The notes under the pieces were generated by a model. It was not told the origin of the DNA. It saw only the letters and a list, made by a program, of their open reading frames with translations, and searched no databases. The translations under genes and the position numbers were made by a program. This document shows positions 38,315-51,258 of a stretch of DNA of 64,000 nt, piece by piece. The stretch comes from Fimicolochytrium jonesii. Taxonomy: Eukaryota. Position 1 is the first letter of the stretch. Each line of letters opens with the position of its first letter. The stretch covers positions 62,001 through 126,000 of the forward strand of contig NW_026515695.1 of assembly GCF_025526975.1 (NCBI RefSeq). Reading direction: 5' to 3'.

Positions 38315-41300
38315 ATGAATCTCCTCAAGAGACTCGCCACCACCGTTATTCAGGATGCTGTGCAGCGGCCTCGAAAGGATGCCCCATTCGGACTCTCTGA
38401 GGCGTGGAAGCTTGGAGGTAGCTTGGAAGGGCTACGCTTTACGTGCGTAGCTTACGACCCAGCCCAGTCGCTCCTAGCGGCAGGAGCTAGTGATGGGTCC
38501 ATATTACTGGTCGGAAATCAGTGGGAATTCGTACTAGATCCGGCACCCTCGCCTGAAGTGGATGTACACGTCACCCACCTGGACTTCCGAGTTGGAAGCA
38601 AGTTCCTGATAGCAGTTCGCGGCAACACGGTGCTCTCAGTTTACAATCTGCAGACACTGGCATTGCAATTTCCATCAGTGCAGTTGGATGTTCGCGTTAC
38701 ATGCATTGATGTACCTTCGAACAGCTCGTGGATGTTCGTCGGACTTGCCGATGGGCGAGTGGTGCTGTATGATGCGGAATTGGGGCAGAGGTCGTTGTAT
38801 TCGATACCGGCTCGTAACGCAGACGAAGCTCCCACTGAAGAGACTACCCATGACCCTGTTGTGGCTATCAGGGCGAGCCCCTCTGATGCGAATCTTTTGT
38901 TATTGGGGTACCAGTCCGGCGTCATGATTTTGTGGGACATCAAAGACCAGGCCGTACGAAGGAAGTTCGGTTTCGACAAAGGCGCCGAAGGTGGCAAGCT
39001 TACAAACGTTTGTTGGCATCCGGATGGCACGTTCTTTGCTGCAGCAACGGTCAGCGCGATCGCATTTTGGGAAACCCGCAGTCGATGGCTCGACGGATTG
39101 AAAGCTTCGTCAATTACGAAGCCTACAAAGGTCCTAAAGCGAAATGGTACTGATGACGAGCTCAAACTGTCAACTGCAGTTGCGCGGCAGAGACTGCTCT
39201 GGTGGTCAGAAGTCAAGGGCGGCGGAAGCTTCCTAGTTGCCAATGCGGCCACGGGCATCGAGAATTACATATGCGGTACCGATATCAGTTCCATAAAGAG
39301 TTCTGGGAACATACCACCGGATGGATGCGTACGCGATTTCCAAGTCATGCGAGATCCTACCTCTGCATCCGTATTCCTGATGACCATTGATATTGAGGGC
39401 ATCCTTCATGCATCCCTGTTCAATGAGGATGTCTCGTCTCTACATGTCGCTCCATCGTTCGAACTGGCGACGCTACGCAGTCCATCAACAGTAGCGATGT
39501 CCGAATGCTCAGAGTTCCTCGGATGGGACATCCGGAAGCTCGCTGAAACAGGTAACGCCAGCGGCCGCCTACCATTGAACGGCGGAACCGTGGTGAACAA
39601 GAACGGGAAACAGCTGTTCGACGTTCTATGCACGAATCATCTCGACCAGAAGTTGAGATTCTGGAAACTAGGGAGACCTCCGGCCCTCCTGTTCGAAATG
39701 CCGTGCGTCGAAGATTCTCCCTCCGAGCCACTTGTGTCCATGGATTTAGACCAGCGGTTGCTATTGGTCGCTATAGGGCCTCACGTAACGACGTACCGTT
39801 GGGTGCTTGCATCGGAGGTGAAGGAAGCAGATCCGGAAGAAGACGCAGACGAGCTGATGAGGAGATTGGATGCTACGGTTGATGAGATTCTGCGTCAGTC
39901 CGAGGATATCAACCAGTTGACTGGAAGAGATGATCGAACTGACCAGCAGGCTGAGGAATTGGACTCCACCGAAGCAGCGCATGACCGCGCTGAGAACCCT
40001 GAGTCCTCGACAATTGAGGAGGAGCCAGAGGGCAATGGCCAAATAGCCGATGAATCGGCGGAAGCCGTCGGTAAAAATCCCCCCCCTCCGGACTCGAAAG
40101 CAGCCGATGACCTGGCAGATGTCCCACCACCATTATCGAAAGACGATAAAACAGGCCTACCATCACCACCTGCTTCTTCGCCAATTACCTATAGATATGT
40201 CGATGATACGCCCACTGGACCGGGTTGGACCCCATTCCTCCATTACGATCATGAAGAACCCGTTCAACTGATGACTTTTGCCCCGTTGTGTGAACTGTAC
40301 GTGTCTTTTGTCTCTCTATCAACTGCTGTGTTCAGGACGAAACGGTTCGCTCTTGCTGATCGCCCGGTTTGCATGTAGCCTGGTAACCACGACTGCGGGA
40401 AACAATCTTCATGTCATGCGCGGCCGATCGATAACGACAACGACGGTGACCACATGTAAGCGAGCTTTTATCTACCTCCCTCACCATATAAGGTTGCCGA
40501 TTGACAGACGCAGCAACTTCCACATCTTCTCAAGAACAGAGTGATGCGAATGCGGAGATCGTCATGGTCCAAGTCGGTTACACGTACTATAAGGAGGGTG
40601 AGCTCTGAATTATGAGGCCCCGCGCACTGTTTCTTAACAGCACGGTCCTCATCGCGTCCCAACAGAACCATCCCCTAGGACGTGCATCTTCGTTTTCACC
40701 TCGGCGGGTGCATGCATACAATACAAAGTCGCCGACGATTCGGAGGGACGGATAACGCTGGAAGGATGTAAGTAGACGGGTGCCTGCGCTGCACGGGAGC
40801 CATTCTCTCAACATGCGAACCGAATCCCACACACAGGCACCATCCACCAGCCCAACAACAACACCACCCAAATAGCGGTATGCATGTTCATTCTGGATGA
40901 AGGCGGCCGCCTCGTTCGCCCGGGCACATCGCGGACGGGCAGCGAGCAGTCGCCCGAGAACTATGTGGCCATGTGCTTCTCGAACTCCACAGCGGTGTAC
41001 CTTCTCCATCCGGAAGAAGGACGATCGCTCTTGGCGTCTTGCGAGTCGCGGGAGGAAGGCGTGAAGGCTGGGTTGTGCTTTATTGGTGGTATGTAGATAG
41101 GAACCCCAATCAGAGGTTCAAGGTGAAAGGACGGCTGCTCCTCACCACAATTTTCTCGTACCAATAGGCGATCCTGTCTTGATACGCATTACGGCTACCG
41201 CCACGGTAGAAGCGTTGGAACTACCAGGGTTGAGGCTGATTTGGCGGGCCCAATTGCCTCTTGTGACGCCCGACGCACGGTACGATGCGGTTACTTGTGT

Positions 41301-42156
41301 CTGCATTACAATGGCAAGGCATTGACTCATTGACACCTCAAACAGACGCCTACGAGAAACACTAATCATCAAAGACGGGCGACTGGTCATCTGGACGGAC
41401 GAGCGAGAGTTCCGCATGTTCTGCATCACGAAGGATACTTCTCGGTAAGTCGGGATAGACCGACTGTAGAGATTTCGCGCCACTCAGATTTTGTCATTGC
41501 ATGCAGCATCCCAGAAATTCAAATCCGCGCATACGAGCTCACGAAAGCAATGGAGTGGTCGCGGCAGACTAAAGGTTCTGCGACATCATCGACGAGAAAT
41601 CGGGAACATGACCAACTGTGTAAGACTCGATGATTGCTTTTCTTTGTTTACTACCTTAACGATGTTGACTACTCTCTAGTCAAGCCACGATCAGACCTGC
41701 AACAACCCACATCACATGCCCGCACAACCGGCGTGCGCGAAGGAGGAGCCGCGTCCACCGCGGATTCGCCGTTTGCACGAGCTACACAGGTTGTTTTGAA
41801 TGAGTTCTCTACCATCACATACCATCACACGCACTCTTGACTCACTGATCTGGATATCGTAAGGCGTTGAACGAGCGAGGCGAGAAGCTCAACCAGCTGG
41901 AAGCCAAGTTTGGCGATTTGGAGGACGGATCGAAGACATTTTTGGACACGATCAAGCAGTACAACGATAGACAGGTACGAACTGGTTAGGGATGCTCTTT
42001 GAACGAAGATCCTAGGTGAGCTCACTTCCACAATGATGATGTCGTGATCTTGGAAACGTTCAGGCGAAGAAGAAATGGTATGGCCCCGTGGACACTCATT
42101 TGGGCACATCCATCCTTCTTTACTTACGATCTCCTGTGTGCAGGTGGCAGCCATAA
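38315..42156 (+). CDS. Tomosyn/Lgl/Sro7 family WD40 protein with a C-terminal R-SNARE motif, multi-exon
   Basis: N-terminal AYDPAQSLLAAG, LLLLGYQSG..LWD, CWHPDGT.F; C-terminal ALNERGEKLNQLEAKFGDL...AKKKWWQP. Confidence 0.85.
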
Positions 42157-42504
42157 TTCCCTGACCCATCCCCGGCGTACTTTCCACACTCTTGTCCCCA
42201 TCCTACACCCCATTTCCAACCATCCCATAATGACTCTTGCTCCCTCCATCCGTATGAACTCCCGACGACATAATGCACCTTCTCCCATCCCGAGTCCATC
42301 AGCGGCCAGCCCCCAGAGTTGCGGATATCGACGATGTGTTGGTGTGACTTCAATGTACCGCAATGAGAAAGATAATGAAAGAGAAAAAATGCAATATGCA
42401 ACAGAGATCATTTTGCGATCAAAGCATATATTACGGGAGTGGCGGTGGAGAGAAGATGCGTGTTTTATACACTCGGGTGGGTGGTCGAGAGAAGATGGAC
42501 GTGT

Positions 42505-43841
42505 TTATACACTCTCGAACACAGGGATGTCCTTAGCCTCCTTGGTGTTTCCAACCACCTTGGATCCCTTGTCCTCAACGGCCTCGCCGTGAAGTTCCAA
42601 AAGCTTTCCAAGGTCGAACTTGGGCGCCTTCAGGATCTTCACCTTCCTGACGTACACGTTCTGAAGAGGGTAAATACCCTGGCACGCCTTCTCAATCTCC
42701 TTTCCAATGACTTCCGGGACGAGCTTCTGGACGAGCTCGCGCAAATCGCAAGATGCGGCCTCGCGGGTCATGATCTCGAACATCTTCTTGCGGATGAGAC
42801 GGATCTGAGCGTGGGTGGCGTAGGTGGTCTTGCGGATCTGGTTCTTGCGGCGTTGGGTGAAGGCGATGGTGAAGAGGCGGAGAAGGTAACCGTCAGTGGT
42901 CTTGACGTCAACGAAAGCCTCGATCAGGGACTACAAAGGGAAATTGACGTTTAGGTCAGTCCGTATGTCCCCGCTGCACTCCACCCAAAAGTGAACTGTC
43001 CAGTCATCAATTCGTCCATGACCGTACCTGCCACTTCTTCACAAGGGAGCGAAGCTTGTCGGAGGTGAAGTCCATGCCGTGGAAGTTGGTCAGGCAGTTC
43101 TTTCCCTGGATCTCCTGAACCTGGAGCTTGATCTTACGGAAAGAGTCCTCCGGGTTGTTGTTCAGGTCGGCAAGAGAGAGCTCCAACACACGGCCCTTAA
43201 GAGCGTCGTTGGCGTTCTCTATAATCGTGAGAAAAATCGTCCAATCAGCACTGCTGTTCCACTTCCCGTCTCCTCCCTGCTCTCCTCTGGCACAAGCAAA
43301 CGTCGATACGTACTCAAACCCTGGGTACGGTTGACAAGAGTCTTGCCGACATTGCGAACCTCGAAGAAGCCGGGGGCCTTGATGTCGTACCAGTCCTTAC
43401 GGGTGAAGGGGTCGACACTGAAAAACAGAACACAGTCTCTGTCAATCGGTTGCTCGGTGTGGCTTGCCCCATGCCGGATCGTCGCACGCCGGATCGTCAT
43501 TCATAGGTCTGATTCCAATTCCTCATATATGCTCCGCCTCCCATCCATCCATCCATCCATCCATCTACCATCGTCCATTCATCCATCGGCGCTGCTGTAA
43601 GCGGCATAGGGTACGTACACCTTCTTCTTAAGACCCTTCTTGCCCTTCGAGAGGCGCCTATAAAGAAAAACGAAAGCCGTCGTTAGTCATGTCGTCGGCT
43701 ATATATAAATGCCGAGCCGACCACTCATTCCCAGGCCATTCCGCCGAGCATGCCTCTACTTTCGTGCGTAAAAGCAGCAACATGCTACGACGTCGTTGAG
43801 CGGCGGTGAGGGTGTACGTACTTGTTCTTTCCGACAGCCAT
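42505..43841 (-). CDS. RPS1: 40S ribosomal protein eS1 (S1/S3a), 5 exons
   Basis: [77 protein letters not shown]. Confidence 0.98.
43541..43587. repeat. (CCAT)n microsatellite in an RPS1 intron
   Basis: ccatccatccatccatccatccat followed by degenerate copies. Confidence 0.85.
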
Positions 43842-44081
43842 GTTGTCTCGGTATACTCTATGTAATGAGGCGAGACCGAAAGAGGGCAGAACTCGACTGG
43901 ATGCGCTTGCGAAGTTCGACAAGGGCAGTGGGACAGGCGTGTCCGAGAAATCTCACGTGACTCCGGTGCACTAGTTAATTCGCTGCCCTTTCCTTCTTCC
44001 AGGGCTGTTGGACTTGCGACTCTTCGAACTTTGACCTGGCGCTGCATCGCAAAACAAGGACAGCAGAAGCCAACGCCAATA
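43842..44081. promoter_or_regulatory. Bidirectional promoter between RPS1 and RPB6, containing an E-box (TCACGTGAC, 43953-43961)
   Basis: Divergent ATGs 240 nt apart, with the palindromic bHLH (Cbf1-type) motif near the centre. Confidence 0.5.
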
Positions 44082-44594
44082 ATGTCAGACTACGAGGGAA
44101 GCGACGCCGGCGGCGACTTTGACGAGCCTGTTGACGACTTTGATGAGCCCTTGGACCTTGAGGCCGAGGGTGACCTCCCGGAAGGACTCCGAACCGAAAT
44201 TCTCAACCAGGACGAGGTTGGTGTGAAAACTTCGGTCGTCTGCAAATACTTGGGAGGTGATTCTGACTCCAAAAACTGCAAAATATAGCAACAGATCGAC
44301 GTCACCACTACTGCTGCACCTGCCAAGAGCGGAGTTCCAGGGCCGATCCCAAAACACTTACGGCTGACGACTCCCTACATGACAAAGTACGAGAAGGCTC
44401 GTGTCCTCGGTACACGGGCACTGCAAATCAGCATGAACGCGCCAGTTATGGTCGACCTAAACGGCGAGTCCGACCCATTGGCGATCGCCATGAAGGAGTT
44501 GAGGGAACAAAAGATACCGCTAATGGTGAGGAGATATATGCCGGATGGGAGTTGGGAGGACTGGAGCGTTGAGGAGCTCATCCTACCCGAGTAA
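44082..44594 (+). CDS. RPB6: RNA polymerase I/II/III shared subunit Rpb6, 2 exons
   Basis: Acidic N-terminus; [29 protein letters not shown]...[17 protein letters not shown]. Confidence 0.97.
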
Positions 44595-44851
44595 TGGAAC
44601 AAGGGAAGAGGATGGAGAATGTAAGGATATTTTTTGGATGACACCATAATTGGATGAAACTGTGATTGTGCTCACCAGAGTTGTACTATTTATTTTCTTT
44701 CAAGCAGAGTGAGGGCATCGTTCACAGGTCTTCCAGGATATCTACGAAACCACAAAAACTACCACCAAAGCAAACGATTGCATCAAAACAAACGATTGAG
44801 CCCATTGAGCCCGGTTCCGAAAGCGAAGCCTCAGATTCGACATCAGAGCAA

Positions 44852-45061
44852 ATGGCCAAAGTTTTACATTCTGACATGCTGATGCCGGAAGCACCGTCTC
44901 GGCTGTCCAACATTCGCGCAAATGAGCTCCAAAAGGCGTTGAAAGCGGAACATCAGTTACTACAACAAAGTCAGGCGGCAATTGTAGCGAAGCTAGCGAG
45001 CTTGGAGGCAGAGGAGCGCTGCCTGGTTGAGGAGATTAGGAAGTTGGAGCAGGGGTCGTAA
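44852..45061 (+). CDS. Small coiled-coil protein, possibly SNAPc19/SNAPC5-like
   Basis: Heptad pattern LKAEHQLL...IVAKLASLEAEERCLVEEI resembles SNAPC5 LRKEEETLL...LHDQLNRLKVEELALQSMI. The start codon is uncertain. Confidence 0.4.
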   Translation: MAKVLHSDMLMPEAPSRLSNIRANELQKALKAEHQLLQQSQAAIVAKLASLEAEERCLVEEIRKLEQGS

Positions 45062-45725
45062 TGAACCTCGAGAATCGAGAGGGAAACCGGGTGGATGTGG
45101 GAGTCGGATGCTTTTATGACACATTTCGGCATGTATATAATTTATCACATTCGCTTCTATTGCACATACTACTACTCGAATCATTCTGAAGCCTGGCGGT
45201 TTGGATGGAGGACTTGCCTCTGATGAGATCAACGCAACAGATCAGATTCAGTTTGAGGACGACAAGTCCTATATATATATATGGCAGACTCCTCAACTTA
45301 TGAGCAGGCAGATTGAGCGTCCTAATGGCCCGCCGTTGTGTTCCTTTCCCCCCGTCCCGCTGGGGGCCGTTGCATGTGCGCTGTGCAGATCGAATGTCCG
45401 ACCGATATCCTTCGGCCTGACGTTCTTGCGCGTCACGTCTCAGAGACGGTCTCTCCACACTTTTTTCGCGGAAAAGGCACCCATCTTGTCTTTTCCCACC
45501 CATCGCATCCAACGACGGAAATCCCCCGAATCGCACAATAACCGCCTCTCTCTTCAAACAAGCTCCTCAGCCAAGATTCTCTCCGTATATATACCCGTTT
45601 TAGCAGCGCTCTCCCCCTCCTCATCACTCCCTTTCTCCTCAACCCCGGCCCCCATCTTGCCGTACCCAGTCGAAGAACAACAGTCATCGCGTTCAACATC
45701 GAGTTCAAGTTCCGAAACACTTACA

Positions 45726-46973
45726 ATGGGCAAAGGCGGTGCTGATTACAACCCTTTCTCGTCCGTTGGCGGAGGCCAGGGGATGTTGCAGGCGTCGAAG
45801 TGGACGTCGTTTGCTGTCAGTTGCTTGACGGCGGTATGTTTTTCAGGGAACTATGTGCACGGGAGGTAGCTGCCATGCTTGATCGGACCCTAACATATAT
45901 AACACTACGACGATAGCTGGCCGGTGTTGCTTTGATTGGAATTGGTGTCTATGGGCTCTTGAACCCTCTTGGTAAGCTTGTGCCCTTCAACTGGCTCGCG
46001 ATCTTTCCGACGGGGTGATTGACGAGATTTATGTCCTAATATCCCAACCTCCAAGGTTCCGCAATGGTCCCGATGACGCTCCCCATCATCTCAATCGCCG
46101 TCGGTTCCGCTGTGATTCTCATATCCGTCCTGGGCTCGTTGAGCTCCTTTGCGGAGATGCGCACCGCGCTCTGGTGCTACTTCTGGATTCTGCTCGCTTT
46201 CATCCTCTTGCAGTACATCATTGGCATTGTCGCTTTGAGTACTCGCGGAGATGCGGTAAGGGTTTGCATCTTGATTCTGTTCCAACGGGAAACCAAGATC
46301 CTAACCACGTTTTTCACAATCTAGATTGACGAGCTTGCTGATCGTCGCTGGAACTATTTGTATCTGCATCTCATCCAGGGTACACGTGGTAGAGGCCGAC
46401 GCACTTACACCTCTTCATTCATTAGGTACTTCAATCGACCCAAGTATCTCCGCGACATCCAAGAGAACTACGAATGCTGCGGTCTCAACTACCTGGACGA
46501 TCGCGCTTATCCGAAGCCCGAGCGCGCTCAGGACAAGTGTTCCAGGCATCCCGACTTTGCCTACCAGCGTCCGTGCATTGGCCCGATCAAGGAGGAATGG
46601 AGCGAGAGGCAGAAAGTCTTTGGAATTACGATCTTGAGCCTTGGTGCTCTGCAGGTGTGGTTGTAGATTCATTTTTATGAATGCGTCTGCAGGTGCATCT
46701 TCTACCCATTACCCTTTCACCATGTAGCTTCTTGGCCTGCTTCCCATCTATTACCTCGCCACACGTATCCCGACCGAGGAAGAACGCGACCATGCTCGCA
46801 TGGAAGAGCACCGCAGGTTGCTCGAACGCTTCCATGGACCCGGCGGTGAGGATGGTAGAAGCACTCCTACCTCGTACGGCGGCCTCCGCGGCGATTTGCC
46901 TGCTCAGCATCAGGTCGGCGGCCCGGCTGGATCGTTCCCGTACCCTGCGAAGCGCCCGGGTTCTCGTGTCTGA
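45726..46973 (+). CDS. Tetraspanin, multi-exon
   Basis: Four transmembrane helices. The large extracellular loop contains IQENYECCG plus two further cysteines (DKC, RPC). Confidence 0.88.
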
Positions 46974-47736
46974 TGTGGTTGCATTGAAGTTTGTTTACTG
47001 CGCTCGGTTTTGAGCCTTTGAGTCATTCGTTTTTGGCGTCGTCCCGCGGGCATTATCTGAATGCCGGCAACCCGGCTGTTGTGACCTACTATCACGGTCC
47101 GTAACTAGCATAGTTTGCTTTCTGAACCTAGCCGACACCTATCTGTCTGTTGGCTACAAGTTTTGCTCCCCGAGTTTTTGTTATTACGTCCCTATGCACA
47201 TCAACTATATTATATCTCCCAATTGCTTTGATTTCCGTTCATGCACCCAAGGGACCACCGTCCCCGTCGGACTCTCTGTATTGACCGGAGAGCCGCGGTG
47301 GTGCACCGAGCGCGTGAGGTTATTTCATTTCATTATGAATCTCCGAACGGGAATTGTTTCCATCACATTGGTGTTACACCAATTGGGGTTGTTTTCAGTG
47401 CCCGGCTGCCCCGGCATGTGAGATTTGGCCGAGGGCGGATTTGTGACAACTCTATAACCACTAAACTACTCCAAGTTTGCTTGGGAGGCCCCACTTAGGT
47501 AACGCTATAAGCAAAGACACTGGCGTCCATGGCCGTCCTCGCTCTCCTCGCTCGACCTGGAGAAGGACCCACTTCGAAAAACCGAAGCCCAAAGCCGACG
47601 GGCAATGAATCAAAGTCATCAATCGGTTTGCCCCTATAGCGGGTTGTCCTCTTCTCGGATATTGTCTATAGTCCCAAAAAATACTGTACAAAATACAAGT
47701 GCGGATTACAAGAGCGGCCCGAACATGAGATCCCCC

Positions 47737-48586
47737 TCAAAAACAAGCATCCCACAGCACATTAGCATAGTAATATCGCGAGAACTTGTCTGCAAACTCC
47801 TGGATGTAGATATCTTTTTCCGCGCTGTTTGGTTTGCCTGGCGGACATTAAATCAGGGAAGCGTGGTGTTAGGACCCAAATGAGGGGTTTGACCGAGTGT
47901 GCAAAGATGGTACTCACAAACTTGACACTTGACAAACTTTCCCATAGCGTCCTTCTGCATCTCGATCCCCAGGCCCCGGAAGATTGTCAACAACAACCTA
48001 TACCCAAAAAAGAAACCTCGTCAACACCCGCATCGCGCTGCCCAAAACGAAAAACCCCCAAAAAGAGAAACATACTGCTCCCGACTGGGCGGCACAACCC
48101 TCTCGTCCTCCTCCTCCCTCCTCAGACCCTCAACCTCCCCCTCCAACTCCGCCAACTGCGCCTCCAACCCCTCGATCGTCTTGTCTAGCTCGCCCGCCTG
48201 CTTGGCGAGGGTGTATTTGGCCCGGTCCATGCTGATCATCCGCGCGCTGTGGGTTTCGGTTGTTGCGGTGGGTTTGGGGAGAGCGGTGGAGGCGATCAGG
48301 TGGGCATGGTGTTTGCTGAGTGCTGGATGACAATGTCAACCCGACAATGTCAATGTTCACTTGAAGTATAGTTGGAGGAATTGGGAGATGATGACCGCTT
48401 ACCTTGTCACGTGCCCTTCATACTCTCCTCAACCTCGCCCATCGCTTCCGCGGCTTTGGCGTTCAGGCTATCGATGTTGCGGATCAGCGCCGTTTCGTGC
48501 GCCGGGTTCAGGCTCTCGAGGAGGGTGGCGACCAGCGCGTGGCCTTCTTCGAATGCGGGGCTCATTTGGGCGTGTAGGTGGGACAT
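47737..48586 (-). CDS. SPC24: Ndc80 kinetochore complex subunit Spc24, 4 exons
   Basis: Coiled coil (MDRAKYTLAK...), then LLLTIFRGLGI and the C-terminal KFSRYYYANVLW typical of Spc24. Confidence 0.82.
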
Positions 48587-49033
48587 GGTGGACGGTGGGG
48601 GCGGTGGTGAGTAAAATGTGTTGTGGTGAAGTGCTTTGGGAGTGGGGTGTGAGATGCCGGACATATGGGTCACTCAGAAGAGGGGAAAGTGCAAGTTCGC
48701 CGAGTGTGCCTTTTGTCCGAGAGATGTCCGCGCCGGCCCGGGTTGTTGCCCTGTCGTGTAAAAGCTTTCGATTCGTCAGGTTGTTGGCATTCGAGTCTTA
48801 CGTTTTCATGATTCACGCAAATATTTCAGGGACTGCTTTTCCCGGTCGCCGTCGTTTGCTCACCCCACACAGCGTCCACTGCCACACTGACAGACGCGCA
48901 GTCAGTTGTGGAAGGCAGGGTGGAAGGCAGTCAAGTCAAAAGCGGGCGACCGGCAAGGGCAGGCGTCTTCCTGATCATTATTCGTGAGGGAGAGGCGTTC
49001 ATTGCGCGTCACACTAGGAAGATTGATATTCAA

Positions 49034-50596
49034 ATGCCGGGTGTCGCAATTCCGTCGAGGCCATCTCACACCCCGTTACGCGACAAGCATCTCTACCATC
49101 CCGAGATGCACTCAGTCACAGAGCCCGGCACCCCACTGCCGGCCTACTCTGCCGCTGTGCAGAGGAAGAGTAGCGCGCCGATGGACGTCAAGAGCACCAC
49201 TAACACCGCCACGAGAGGCGTGAAAGGCCGAGTGGACGATGGCCCGTTGAGCACGATGTGGAAGACGTATTTTGGAAAAGCGTCGACGGAGGAGGCGGCG
49301 TTGACTGTGCAGGCCATTTCACATCTTTCCGGGAGTGGAGCGAGTGTGGAGAGGGTGGAGAATGCTAGGTAGGGGAGTGAACTGCGGTTGCGCAAGGTAA
49401 TTCCGCATCAGGTTATGAATTTTCGCTGATGTCTCGCTTCTTTCATGTACAGCTGGCGGATATGGTCTCGGAAGCCAAATGCGGTGAATGTGTCGCAAGA
49501 GAGGCTGGTGCCGCCAAATTCCGGCCCGCCGACCCCTCCCACATCACCGAAAATATTGCCTGCACCAGTTATGACAAATCGGTTGGAACCAGCACAGGAT
49601 CTTTTACAACCACGACCACCTCCGCCACCACCACCACCACAGCAGCAATTGCTACCACCAAGTCTTTCTGATCAACAACAGTTGTCCATACCCGGCCGTC
49701 GTTCCTTCCTAACATCCTGCTTCCCAAGCTCCATCGTCGAGCTTCCTATCACCGTCTACGCCCGCTGGAAGAAAGACTCAGTCACAGGCATCTCCTCCCT
49801 CCTCGGCGAATCACTCGCCGATCTCATCACAGCCGCCATTCACCGCGCCGAAGCAAGGGGGTTCATCGATACCTCCTCGGGGTGGGAGCCACATTACCAT
49901 TGTTGGAGGGGCCGGCCAATGGCGTGTCCAGGATCCTTCCTGAGGAGGTGGAAATGGCTGAGGATCATTTCGAGAGAGGATGGGCAAGGAGATGGAGCGC
50001 AGGTAGAACAGGAGTGTCCCATCGACAAGTTTCTTTTGAGAACCAATGCGGGCGTCGGATTATCGGTGGCCTCGCTGGAGATGCCTGCCGCGCCGCCAAA
50101 TAGCCCTTCATCATTCGATTCCCCATCTTCCCCGGAAACGGTTCCTTGTCGCAGCGAACCAATTCCCATTACGCCGTTCACCAAACATACTCTCCTCACG
50201 CCACCGGCATCGCACACCTCCCTCCTTTCGCAACTCATAACGTCCTCTCTACGCAACCAGTCCTCGACGCAAACCGCGGCCGAACGGCGGCGCATGATGC
50301 AGTATCTGCGCCGTCGAGCCATCGAATGCGAGGACGAGGACAAGCGGGGAATGGATGTGGAGACGTACTTGCAGCTCGTGGACGCCTGCGATGGCGCCGC
50401 CGTGGCCGCTGCGGCTGGTCCCGGCGCCGGTGGGAGGATGTTTGCGAGGCGACCGGAGATGGTCACTAGGCCCGGAGACGCCGGGGTTGACGCGTTTGCG
50501 GGCGACCAGGAGGGAAGGAGGCGGGTTACGGATACCGCCGAGAGTTTGATTGGTGTGTTCTTTGTGGAGATGTCTTTGCAACACCAAGTGCATTGA
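49034..50596 (+). CDS. Uncharacterised proline-rich protein, at least 2 exons
   Basis: ORF 49034-49368 joins across a GTAGGG...TACAG intron to the long ORF ending at 50596. No recognised domain. Confidence 0.55.
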
Positions 50597-51258
50597 TCTC
50601 ATCTTCGATTCTTCCCCATCTCATTAGATCCCACCTGGCTTCCACGCGGCACGGCAAGTCGTCACCATACGAATCCGCGACGTGCGGTCACATTCGACGA
50701 TAGCGAGCTGGATAGTTTCTTTGTGTGGTGATCGGACAATCCACCGGACAGCTCCCTTTTTGGATACCATGTTTGGGCTTCTTTTCTTTGTTTCTGTATA
50801 AACCTTCGCTAGTCCTTCCTTTTTCGCATTGGCGTTGGACGATCTCCCCATTGATAATTAGCTTACGTTTTCATTCTGTATGTACTTTGCTTTTGTGGCA
50901 TTCGAAGGCGTATCGTGAAATGTACAGACCCCTGCATCATCATCTTTCCTGCCCATATCGGAATGGCTGTAACATGTGCATGGTGAATTCAGACTTTTAT
51001 GGTTGAAGCCTCCGGAATCGGGATAACGTCACCACATCCCGGACAGCAGGGCGCGCGTCAACAACCATGACGTGTGGCAGGCGAAAACGGTGATAAAAGC
51101 CTCGTCCTGCTGGGACCTCGTCAACCTAAAGACATTGTGAGCTTGGCGAAGGCAAAGTACTTATATAGATCTGTCCAATTGATTCCCTAGCAGCAGCAGC
51201 CCTCTCCGCTGGAAGAAAGCTTTAGGAGACCGTCTGACAGCGTCGAAAGGAAACAAAG

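Noticed and set aside
42931..43028. TGATGA...CTGA in RPS1 intron 4 as a possible C/D box snoRNA
   Set aside because: Only about 55 nt separate the boxes, the CTGAC doubles as the likely branch point, and no terminal stem or recognisable rRNA guide is evident.
48407..48409. In-frame TGA in SPC24 read as selenocysteine
   Set aside because: Not a redox Cys position, no SECIS identified, and upstream splice donors avoid the codon.
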